A stretch of DNA of 64,000 bases from Acidimicrobiia bacterium (GTDB taxonomy: Bacteria; Actinomycetota; Acidimicrobiia; Acidimicrobiales; Bin134): NCBI GenBank assembly GCA_009843865.1, contig VYCQ01000023.1, forward strand, positions 144,092 to 208,091. Reading direction: 5' to 3'. A model generated the notes under the pieces. The model ran no database searches. It was not told the origin of the DNA and saw nothing but the letters and a program-made list of their open reading frames with translations. Each line of letters begins with the position of its first letter. The stretch's first letter is position 1. The translations under genes were made by a program, and so were the position numbers. Shown in pieces: positions 1 through 8,325 of this stretch.

Positions 1-1013
1 CTGACTTGAGTATCATACATTTGGGTGGAGGTGCCCTTTTGGGTTTGGTGGCTGGTCTCGGGGGAAGGGGTTTTGCGTGGTTGGTGCGCCAAGCTAAAGG
101 ACTGGAACAGCGGTACAACTTCACAATAAGAATCTTGTTAGGTGGTATGATTTTAGCCGGGTTGGTTTTGGTTACCGACGCGCTGTTTGAGGAACCGCTC
201 AGCTTAGGGCCGGGGGTTGAGGCCACTGAATGGTTGCGAGACGGTGATCACACATTAGGGCTAATCGGGGCTTTATTGGCATTTCGTGTGCTTGCCACGC
301 TCACAACCGTTGGTGCTGGAGGCACGGGCGGGCTCTTTATCCCTTTGGCAGTGCAGGGGGTTATCGTGGGCAGCCTTGTAGGTCAAACCTTAGATGTGGC
401 CGATATTGGGTTATACCGCACCTTGGGCTTAGCAGCCTTTTTGGCGGCTGGCTACAGGGCACCCATCACCGCTGTTATGTTCGTGGCGGAAAGTACCGGC
501 ACATCAGCTTTTGTTGTACCAGCGTTAATTGCCGCAGCGGTTTCACAGCTAGTGGCCGGGCGTAGTTCGGTAACGTCCTATCAGCTTGAAAAACGTGAAG
601 GTTTAGTTGAGCGGCGTTTGGCATTGCCGCTTACCTCTGCTCTAACTACCGATACGCTTACGGTGCCTTCAGATGCCACCGTAAGTGAGTTGGTTTACAT
701 TCATCTGCTTGGTCGACGTCAGCGGGAAGTGCCTGTAGTAGATAGTGGCATCTACGTGGGCATGTGTGGTTTGGAGGAGATCAGCGGTTTGGAACGAGAG
801 TTGTGGAACGACACTCTGGTTGGCGATATGGCCAACGCAAATCTACCCGTAGCACGCCCATCGTGGACATTACGTGATGTCATAACGCAGATGGACACCC
901 ACAATACCGACCAACTAGCTGTCACTGACGATGAGAATACCTTCATTGGCGTGGTGAGAGATGATGAGATCTTGCGTTTAGACGAAATCTTAGATGAGAC
1001 CGAAGGTGCTTAA
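1..1013 (+). CDS. ClC-family chloride channel/H+ antiporter with C-terminal CBS pair (5' partial)
   Basis: GGTGGLFIP and YRAPITAVMFVAE ClC motifs, hydrophobic helices, then two CBS-like repeats; the N-terminal part lies outside the window. Confidence 0.85.
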   Translation, partial: DLSIIHLGGGALLGLVAGLGGRGFAWLVRQAKGLEQRYNFTIRILLGGMILAGLVLVTDALFEEPLSLGPGVEATEWLRDGDHTLGLIGALLAFRVLATLTTVGAGGTGGLFIPLAVQGVIVGSLVGQTLDVADIGLYRTLGLAAFLAAGYRAPITAVMFVAESTGTSAFVVPALIAAAVSQLVAGRSSVTSYQLEKREGLVERRLALPLTSALTTDTLTVPSDATVSELVYIHLLGRRQREVPVVDSGIYVGMCGLEEISGLERELWNDTLVGDMANANLPVARPSWTLRDVITQMDTHNTDQLAVTDDENTFIGVVRDDEILRLDEILDETEGA

Positions 1014-1047
1014 GCTGTCGTTGAATAGCTGTTTGATACCTACTTGA

Positions 1048-1266
1048 TCAGCTAGGAAACAGGTCGTCAACATCATCAGACTTTGGGGGATCACGATACT
1101 CACACCAAGGCTTGGCTCCTGCCTTTACTAGGCGGCATTCCTCGCCTGGAATAGCACCACATTCTATACAAGGGTTTTCATTTTCTTGGAATCTGGCATC
1201 AAAATCGTCGTTTGTATGTTTCAGCGCGCGGGCTTCTTCATAGCGACGGTGGCGTCCCTTTTTCAT
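1048..1266 (-). CDS. Small hypothetical protein with Cys cluster (CxxCGAxPGExC...C), putative zinc finger
   Basis: ATG at 1266 gives MKKGRHRR...CIECGAIPGEECR...WC; a TATTGT hexamer lies upstream. Confidence 0.55.
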   Translation of the reverse strand: MKKGRHRRYEEARALKHTNDDFDARFQENENPCIECGAIPGEECRLVKAGAKPWCEYRDPPKSDDVDDLFPS

Positions 1267-1384
1267 GGGCGGCTCCACAATATCAAGCCGAGAGCAAACT
1301 GTACCCGGCAGCAGGGGGACGAACACCCCCTAGAATCTCATGACGCTTAGTCTACCTAATACGGTAGCTTACAACGCATCTTTA

Positions 1385-1897
1385 CTAGGTATCTAGAACC
1401 TTGTGGCGAGCTTGTTCAGCGCTCACCAAGGGCTGTTCAGTAGACCAGGGAAAGTTGATCCACCGTTCAGTGTGTTTCCACACATAGTCGCATTTTACTA
1501 AAGAATGGGGCTTCTCATACAGCACAGCAGAGCGCACATCGCCCACTCTGTCTACACAATAGTCGTAGACCATTTTCAGGGTGTGGCCGGTGTCGGCCAC
1601 GTCATCGGCAATGAGGATCTTGGAGTTGCGATGGTCTACCAAATCCACTGCTGGTGGCAGCATCACCGGCACCGGTAATCGTTCATCAACCCCGGTGTAG
1701 TACTCGCAGTTCATCACATAGATGTTCTTAACTGAAAGGGCATAGCCGAGCGACCCAGCACAGAAAAGACCTCCCCTAGCTATAGACAAGATCATTTCTG
1801 GTCGATAGCCGTCAGCAGCAACCGTGGTGGCTAGTTCTCGAATCGCTAGTCCGTAGGCTGCCCAGTCTAACCATTCTCGTTTGTTAGAAGAGTTCAT
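1385..1897 (-). CDS. Type I phosphoribosyltransferase (xanthine/guanine PRT-like)
   Basis: SIARGG, ILIADDVADTGHTL PRPP loop, WINFPW C-terminus. Confidence 0.85.
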   Translation of the reverse strand: MNSSNKREWLDWAAYGLAIRELATTVAADGYRPEMILSIARGGLFCAGSLGYALSVKNIYVMNCEYYTGVDERLPVPVMLPPAVDLVDHRNSKILIADDVADTGHTLKMVYDYCVDRVGDVRSAVLYEKPHSLVKCDYVWKHTERWINFPWSTEQPLVSAEQARHKVLDT

Positions 1898-1941
1898 GTT
1901 GTTTCTTTCTGGACTCAGGCTCTTTTAGCGAACCGTGATTG

Positions 1942-3111
1942 CTAGTTGCTTGCCATTAGAGCAATGGGACGACCAGACCGCTCTTCAAGGGCAAGCTTGC
2001 CATCGGGATCAAGAGCAACAGCAACTGCACCTCCTAGTAGTTGCTGTACAGGCGTTGCAAGAATTTCAGCTCGCCAACCCTTAGCAGCCTTACAGTCGGG
2101 ATTACCTGCTATTAGATCCTCAATATCGTTACGAGAAGCCAACAAGGCAGGATTTAGCTCTAATTCAACCGCATGCTGTGCCACCCAGGAAGATATAAGG
2201 CTAACAGCGGGCTTCAGTTCGACAGGCAGCTTGAGTGGCTTAACAGGTGGTGCGGTTGGTAGATCGGAGTTTCGCAGATCATCTAGTACCTCTAAAAGTT
2301 CTTCATCAGCCCCGTGGCGCAGGTTTCTAGGTTCTACCCCTCGTAAATTTCGTAGCTGTTTAAGCGAACTGGGCATTCGTTGAGCGATTACTGCCACCCC
2401 TAGATCTGACAACACATGTCGAACCGGCTGGTTCACCTTAGATGCGTGTTCTTCTCGCCAGCACGCTAAAGCTTTTGCTACAGCTTGGGGTTGGCCTTCC
2501 ATGCGGCTAACTTCTTTGATCTTGCGCCAAGCATTCTTCGCATCGCGCGCTTTGTTAGCTCTTTCCAAAAGCAGCGCACATTCTTCTTGAGCCCAGCTTA
2601 AGCGTCCACGAACTCTCAGATCTTCACACAAGATATTTTTGATTTCTAATAGCCGGGCCACGTCAGCTGCGGCATATTCCAACATGTTTTGAGGCAGGGG
2701 ACGTTGAAACCAATCCCATAATCGAGCTTGCTTGGCTAGTTTTACTCCCAGCAAGCGCTCATGGATGGTGGCTAGCGATGGGCTGGAGTAACCAATGAAT
2801 CCTGCTGCTACCTGCGTGTCAAAGATTGCTTTGGGCAAGGTGTGACACTCGTGCTTAAACACTTCAAGATCTTGTTCTGCTGCATGTAATACAGCCAGAG
2901 CTTTGCTAGCCAATAAATCTTTTAGCGGTGCAATGCTCACGGCTAAGGGATCAATAAGCGCTAGTTGATCTTTCCAGGCAACTTGCACTAAGCCTAAACG
3001 AGGGTGATAAGTGCGTTCGCGATGAAATTCGGTGTCGATGGCGTAGCTTTTTGCGCTTGCAGCATCAGCTAGTACCGCGGTTAGCTCACCTTCAGAAGTT
3101 ATCGGTTGCAA
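1942..3111 (-). CDS. rnd: Ribonuclease D (DEDDy exonuclease + HRDC)
   Basis: AIDTEFHRERTY, LHAAEQDL, FDTQVAA, YAAADV motifs; HRDC region. Confidence 0.92.
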   Translation of the reverse strand: MQPITSEGELTAVLADAASAKSYAIDTEFHRERTYHPRLGLVQVAWKDQLALIDPLAVSIAPLKDLLASKALAVLHAAEQDLEVFKHECHTLPKAIFDTQVAAGFIGYSSPSLATIHERLLGVKLAKQARLWDWFQRPLPQNMLEYAAADVARLLEIKNILCEDLRVRGRLSWAQEECALLLERANKARDAKNAWRKIKEVSRMEGQPQAVAKALACWREEHASKVNQPVRHVLSDLGVAVIAQRMPSSLKQLRNLRGVEPRNLRHGADEELLEVLDDLRNSDLPTAPPVKPLKLPVELKPAVSLISSWVAQHAVELELNPALLASRNDIEDLIAGNPDCKAAKGWRAEILATPVQQLLGGAVAVALDPDGKLALEERSGRPIALMASN

Positions 3112-3125
3112 GCGAATCGAGATAG

Positions 3126-3689
3126 CTATCCCCCGTAGTTCATGCGAGTGTCTTCCATACGCAACACCGGCGTATCTTCATCGGCTTGAAAACCGCAATC
3201 TACGATCTCGCCGATGAACAGCGTATGGGCACCAGTATCCACCCGCTGTTGTACTGCACAATCTAAATAGGCAGGGGCACAGTTCAAGATTGGAGCTCCG
3301 GTTATTCCTTCGTGAAAACCGAAGCCGTTGAGGGTCATAGCAGCTAAATCAACCTCTACAGGTTTGGTGAACTTGCGCACGATGGCTCGATCTTCGCGAG
3401 CCACAGTACATAAGGTGAACACGCCGCCAGCAGCAATGAGTTCATGGGTGAAAGCTGAATGTTCTACCCCAATGCCAAGCAGCTTGGGCTCAAACGCAAG
3501 CTGCGTGGCCCAGTTCAAAGTCATGGCGTTGCGTCTCTCATCTGCACGTGATCCCACCACGTATAGGCCGTATGGCAAACTCCAAAGCACACGCCGACGT
3601 AATCTGTCGTAGTTTTCTTGAGTTTGAGGATCGTCTCCCACGTTTTTAGGAAATGGTCCGATGGGTCCCGTGCCACCGGGCGCAGCCAT
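3126..3689 (-). CDS. Flavin reductase family protein
   Basis: LPYGLYVVG, NAMTLNWATQ, GAPIL, GAHTLFIGEIVD. Confidence 0.88.
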   Translation of the reverse strand: MAAPGGTGPIGPFPKNVGDDPQTQENYDRLRRRVLWSLPYGLYVVGSRADERRNAMTLNWATQLAFEPKLLGIGVEHSAFTHELIAAGGVFTLCTVAREDRAIVRKFTKPVEVDLAAMTLNGFGFHEGITGAPILNCAPAYLDCAVQQRVDTGAHTLFIGEIVDCGFQADEDTPVLRMEDTRMNYGG

Positions 3690-3691
3690 GT

Positions 3692-4138
3692 TCAGTCGTC
3701 CAAACTAGCTGGAGGCCAAGACGGGTCTAACTGCCGCAAAAAGTGTAAGCAGCGCTGTTGTTCGTCTTGTTCACCGATGGCTGCGGCTGCGGCCTCTAAA
3801 CCTGCCAAAGATCGCAAGAAGCCTCGATTCGCCTCATGTGACCAACGAACATAGCCCGATCCTCGCCAACCGTTTTGGCGTAGTCTGTCTAGGCCACGGT
3901 GATAGCCCACCCTAAAAGCGCTATAAGCCTCTATGTTGTCGCGCGCTAATTGCCCTAGGTGAGCCCAACCGTCTAAAAAGCGCGGAAACCGAGCTACCAC
4001 TGCGGCTACGGCAGAACGTTGTTGAGCCGGTGATTGCTTGAGAGCGTTGGCCAGCGCGTCGATGGCCGCAGCGGGTTCTGGATCCAGTACCGTTTCGGGC
4101 GGCCCCGATTCGGTTAGGTGTACTGACGCACTGCTCAT
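3692..4138 (-). CDS. DUF3151 family protein
   Basis: AYSAFRVGYHRGLDRLRQNGWRGSGYVRWSHEANRGFLR matches the actinobacterial DUF3151 signature. Confidence 0.85.
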   Translation of the reverse strand: MSSASVHLTESGPPETVLDPEPAAAIDALANALKQSPAQQRSAVAAVVARFPRFLDGWAHLGQLARDNIEAYSAFRVGYHRGLDRLRQNGWRGSGYVRWSHEANRGFLRSLAGLEAAAAAIGEQDEQQRCLHFLRQLDPSWPPASLDD

Positions 4139-4151
4139 GTAGACAATTCTC

Positions 4152-5576
4152 CTACGATTCAGGCACTCGCACCAAGCGCAACATGTCGGTGGCCTCTGTC
4201 ATCCCTGCTAACACAGCTACTAGGTCACCGGGTACCACATGTCCAGCCTCGATGGCTAAGTCTAAAGCTTCAGCCACACGACTCTCGTAACTTCCAAACT
4301 CTTTAGCCAGAATTGGGGTGACCCCCCAACTTAAGGTGAGTTGCTGCACTGTGCGCTCAAAGGTGCTAAAGCCTAATAGTGCGGTTTGCGGGCGAAATCG
4401 AGCCATAGATCTGACCGTGAACCCTGATGCCGATATGCAAATGATCGCTGCCAGATTTAGCTGGTTGGCTGCTGCCGCCCCAGAACTGGTCATGGCATCT
4501 GTAACAGCAGAGGACGTATCCGTGTTGGTCATGCGAATTGTCTTGATATTCTCGCCCCAACGCACATAGTCAAACTCTTCATCAGCTCGTTCGGCGATGC
4601 GAGCCATCGTGGCTACGGTAAGCACAGGATGAGCACCGATAGCTGTTTCAGCAGAGAGCATGATAGCGCTGGTGCCGTCAAACACGGCGTTAACCACATC
4701 GGATGCTTCTGCTCGTGTTGGAGTGGAAGCTTGTACCATTGAATCCAGCATTTGCGTGGCTGTGATGACAGGTAGTCCTCCGGCAATACAGTCGCGAATA
4801 ATCCGCTTTTGTAAATGTGGGGTTTCTTCAATAAGGCATTCGGTGCCTAAATCGCCCCGCGCTATCATGATGCCTGCCGATGCATCAATGATGTCATCTA
4901 AGTTGGCGATGGCGGCTTGTGTTTCAATTTTGGCAATTACTAGGGGGCCGTCGGGGTGAGGGGCGAGTTGCACACGCCGAATCTCATCGCCTGTGCGCAC
5001 AAAAGAAACTGCTACCATGTCTACTCCTTCGCTCACGAAAGCAGCCAAGTTGTGCAAATCTGTGGGCGTAGGGGTAGACATGCTAAGGCGATCTGAAGGG
5101 ATGCGAAAACCTGGTCGGCCGTGTATCACATCCCCATTGAGCACTCGGGCTATGGCTTGGTTGCCGCTCACATCGCAGATCTCCAGCAGCACCTGACCAT
5201 CTCCTAGAGCCACATGGTCGCCGGAGGCGATGTCGTTGAGGAGGTTGTCGTAGTCCACCTGAATCAAGTTGGCATTGCTATGGCTGTTGCCTGGTTGAAT
5301 TGTGAGTTCTGCGTTAGCAAGCAGCTCTACCCCTTCAGAGCCGAAGCTGGCCGTCCGCACTTTGGGTCCGGGCAAGTCCACCAAAACCCCCACACGGCGG
5401 TTAGCCTCCTGCGATATGCGCCGCACTAGGTGCATGCGTCCTAAAGCTTCATCTAGGGTTCCGTGAGCTAAGCCAATGCGGGCTACATCCATTCCGGCAT
5501 CCATCATGGCTCGCATAACCTCAGGCGACTCTGAGGCTGGTCCAATGGTGGCGATGATCTTGGTACGACGCGACAC
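4152..5576 (-). CDS. pyk: Pyruvate kinase
   Basis: RRTKIIATIGPAS, DLPGPKVR, AKIE, MIARGDLG, ATQMLDSM, PTRAEASDV. Confidence 0.97.
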   Translation of the reverse strand: MSRRTKIIATIGPASESPEVMRAMMDAGMDVARIGLAHGTLDEALGRMHLVRRISQEANRRVGVLVDLPGPKVRTASFGSEGVELLANAELTIQPGNSHSNANLIQVDYDNLLNDIASGDHVALGDGQVLLEICDVSGNQAIARVLNGDVIHGRPGFRIPSDRLSMSTPTPTDLHNLAAFVSEGVDMVAVSFVRTGDEIRRVQLAPHPDGPLVIAKIETQAAIANLDDIIDASAGIMIARGDLGTECLIEETPHLQKRIIRDCIAGGLPVITATQMLDSMVQASTPTRAEASDVVNAVFDGTSAIMLSAETAIGAHPVLTVATMARIAERADEEFDYVRWGENIKTIRMTNTDTSSAVTDAMTSSGAAAANQLNLAAIICISASGFTVRSMARFRPQTALLGFSTFERTVQQLTLSWGVTPILAKEFGSYESRVAEALDLAIEAGHVVPGDLVAVLAGMTEATDMLRLVRVPES

Positions 5577-5609
5577 AAGCAGTAACGCTATCGCTCACTC
5601 GTAGCGAGT

Positions 5610-6398
5610 ATGTGGACTTGCATTTTAGATAAGTTTGCGATGATGAGTCGTTGGGCCTATTTGGAACACGAAGGGCCTATTCCTATTGCCCACCGTGGTG
5701 GAGCAGCCGAAGGCAGTGAGAACACCATGGCAGCGTTCGCAACGACAATAGCTATGGGATATCGCTACTTGGAAACCGATGTGCAACTTACTCGGGATGG
5801 GGTGTTAGTGGTGTTTCATGATCAAAACTTGCAGCGTCTTTGCGGGCAAGCTGATGACATTGCAAACCTGACATGGCGAGATGTAACCACGTTGCGAATC
5901 AACGGCACACACCTTATCCCCCGGTTTGAAGAAGTGCTGGAGGAATGGCCAGATATTAAAATTGCCGTGGATCCCAAACACTATGAGGCCACTGCCCCAT
6001 TGATTGAAGTTCTACAACGAGCCAATGCCATTAAGCGGGTATGTGTGGGATCGTTCGTGGGCCGTCGGCTTCGAATGGCTAGGCACTTAGGTGGGCCAGA
6101 ATTGTGTACCAGCCTTAGCCCGTGGGAAATAGCGTGCATTCAATTCGCCAGCTATGGACCGTACTGGCGCTCAGTTAGCGGAGTTTGCGCGCAGGTGCCG
6201 TCTGCTGTTTGGGGGGTGCCTATCGTTCATCGGCGCTTTGTACACACCGCGCATAAAATGGGGTTAGCTGTGCATGTTTGGACGATTGATGACCCAGTAG
6301 AAATGCATCGGTTGTTAGACATGGGGGTGGATGGCATTATGACCGACCGGCCCAGCGTATTGCGAAACGTGCTGATAGCGCGAGGCTGTTGGGCTTAA
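5610..6398 (+). CDS. Glycerophosphodiester phosphodiesterase (true start may be 5640/5643)
   Basis: IAHRGG, ENTMAAF, LETDVQLTRDG, HVWTIDD, GVDGIMTDRP. Confidence 0.92.
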   Translation: MWTCILDKFAMMSRWAYLEHEGPIPIAHRGGAAEGSENTMAAFATTIAMGYRYLETDVQLTRDGVLVVFHDQNLQRLCGQADDIANLTWRDVTTLRINGTHLIPRFEEVLEEWPDIKIAVDPKHYEATAPLIEVLQRANAIKRVCVGSFVGRRLRMARHLGGPELCTSLSPWEIACIQFASYGPYWRSVSGVCAQVPSAVWGVPIVHRRFVHTAHKMGLAVHVWTIDDPVEMHRLLDMGVDGIMTDRPSVLRNVLIARGCWA

Positions 6399-6554
6399 AA
6401 GCTAAGCGCCAATCTTGAATATTCCTTAAGACCAGCGAGTTAGTGCTAGTTCGGCAAACCAACCTTAATTCCTACTAAATAGCTGATTAACTCTAGGTTT
6501 TCTGGGGATTTCTACTCACAGCAGTGGATAATCCTGTGGATTTTGTTTTTCAGT

Positions 6555-6582
6555 TTGACATCGGACTACAACACGCTATGGT
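6555..6582 (+). promoter_or_regulatory. SigA-type promoter TTGACA-16nt-TATGGT with no downstream protein gene
   Basis: Perfect -35 at 6555-6560 and TAnnnT -10 at 6577-6582; degenerate DnaA-box-like 9-mers just upstream (6523-6531, 6535-6543). Confidence 0.55.
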
Positions 6583-6588
6583 GAGACC

Positions 6589-6810
6589 ACTGATCAGAGA
6601 CAAGCGGAGTTCGCTGGGTCGCTGTAATGAGCAATGGAAGTCGGTGGCACCATCGAAATCCGAGGTTCAAAAAAGCGGTTCGGTGCCGCAAAGAACTGAT
6701 TGGGAGGGTTCGGTAGGCGTGAGTATCAGCTCACCGCCTAACCGAGACCGATGAGACGGCCCCGAGAAGTCGACCGGTTATTACCGGGAGGCTACTCGGG
6801 GTCTCTTGCA
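6589..6810 (+). ncRNA. Putative structured non-coding RNA of unknown family
   Basis: Three long stems (6644-6689, 6711-6744, 6753-6805) plus a small one (6603-6615) behind a consensus promoter, in the gap between convergent GDPD and gltD. Confidence 0.5.
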
Positions 6811-6864
6811 TATAGCAGAATTTAAACCGTGAACCCGTATCTTGGGAACTTCAGACAATACTGT

Positions 6865-8325
6865 TTAGCGGAGTTGCTGAGCGGTGGGTGGCAGCGGATG
6901 GGGTAATAATGTGTCACCGGTTAGATATTTATCAACAGCGGCGGCACATGCCCTGCCCTCAGCGATGGCCCACACAATCAAGCTTTGACCGCGGCCCATA
7001 TCACCAGCTACAAATACCCCCGCCACGCTGCTCATCCAACCAGCATCGCGCGCTACGGTGCCTTGTGGGGTTAGCTCTACTCCTAAACCCTCCAGTAGTC
7101 CCTCGGTTTCAGGTCCCACAAACCCCATAGCCAACAACACCAGGTCGGCTTGAAATTCTCGCTCGGTACCCTCAATAGGGGTGAAGCTCATACGCCCCCT
7201 AGAAAAGGATTGTTCCACATCTACAGTTCGTAGAGCTTCTAGCTTGCCGTTTGATCCGCTGAACTCCACCGTATTGATGGCGTACACCTGCGTGCCGCCT
7301 TCTTCATGCGCTGACGATGCCCGGTACATCAGCGGCCAAGTGGGCCACGGCGTGGAGTCGGCCCGCTCATCAGGAGGGCGTGCCATGATCTCAAACTGAT
7401 GAATAGACGCAGCACCATGGCGATGGGCAGTGCCCAAGCAATCAGCACCCGTGTCCCCTCCCCCGATGATGATCACATGTTTGCCTGCCGCCGAAAACGG
7501 ATGATCAATCAAATCCCCCTCTTGCACCCTGTTTGCTAGGGGTAGGTACTCCATGGCCTGATGAATCCCTTGCAGCTCTCGTCCCGGAGCTGCCAAATCC
7601 CGCCATTTAGTAGCCCCTCCTGCTAACACCACCGCCTTAAACTGCTTGGTTAATTCGCTTGCGGTGATGTCCTTACCAACATTTATGCCTGTTTGGAATA
7701 CTGTCCCCTCGGCGGTCATTTGCGCGAGGCGACGATCTAGATGACGTTTTTCCATCTTAAATTCAGGAATCCCGTAACGCAGTAAACCTCCAACACGGTC
7801 GGTCCGTTCAAAAACCACCACATCATGTCCCGCGCGAGTGAGCTGTTGAGCTGCTGCTAACCCCGCAGGCCCCGATCCCACAATAGCCACTTTATGGCCT
7901 GTGTGTTGTTTGCTTAACACTGGGGTGATCCACCCCTCTGCCCAAGCTCGATCTACTATTTCCACCTCAACCTGTTTGATGGTGACAGGGTCTTCGTTGA
8001 TGCCTAGCACGCAAGCTGCTTCACAAGGTGCTGGGCAGAGCCGTCCTGTGAACTCTGGAAAGTTGTTGGTGGCATGCAGGCGCTCAATAGCTTCACGCCA
8101 GTGGTCACGATAAACCAGGTCGTTCCAATCAGGGATCAGATTCCCCAGTGGACAACCGTTGTTGCAGAACGGGATGCCACAGTCCATACAACGCGAGGCC
8201 TGTGTTTGCACTGATTTAGGGTTGAAGTCGGTGTAAACCTCTTGCCAATCTTTGATCCGCACGGGCACTGCACGACGTGCTGGCAGTTCGCGGCCATGCT
8301 TTAGGAATCCGTGAACATCACCCAT
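6865..8325 (-). CDS. gltD: Glutamate synthase small subunit
   Basis: [49 protein letters not shown]. Confidence 0.98.
   Translation of the reverse strand: MGDVHGFLKHGRELPARRAVPVRIKDWQEVYTDFNPKSVQTQASRCMDCGIPFCNNGCPLGNLIPDWNDLVYRDHWREAIERLHATNNFPEFTGRLCPAPCEAACVLGINEDPVTIKQVEVEIVDRAWAEGWITPVLSKQHTGHKVAIVGSGPAGLAAAQQLTRAGHDVVVFERTDRVGGLLRYGIPEFKMEKRHLDRRLAQMTAEGTVFQTGINVGKDITASELTKQFKAVVLAGGATKWRDLAAPGRELQGIHQAMEYLPLANRVQEGDLIDHPFSAAGKHVIIIGGGDTGADCLGTAHRHGAASIHQFEIMARPPDERADSTPWPTWPLMYRASSAHEEGGTQVYAINTVEFSGSNGKLEALRTVDVEQSFSRGRMSFTPIEGTEREFQADLVLLAMGFVGPETEGLLEGLGVELTPQGTVARDAGWMSSVAGVFVAGDMGRGQSLIVWAIAEGRACAAAVDKYLTGDTLLPHPLPPTAQQLR

Noticed and set aside
6452-6470. GGCAAACC, start of a c-di-GMP-I riboswitch
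   Set aside because: The GAAA tetraloop and GACGCAAAGC parts are absent
6640-6690. T-box-like GGTGGCACC and tracrRNA-like GTGGCACC...TCGGTGC words
   Set aside because: No Stem I/specifier region, no downstream gene on that strand, and no cas genes or array
6524-6754. 76-aa ORF in the GDPD-gltD gap
   Set aside because: It starts upstream of the consensus promoter, has no recognisable motif and overlaps strong RNA stems; an ncRNA explains the region better
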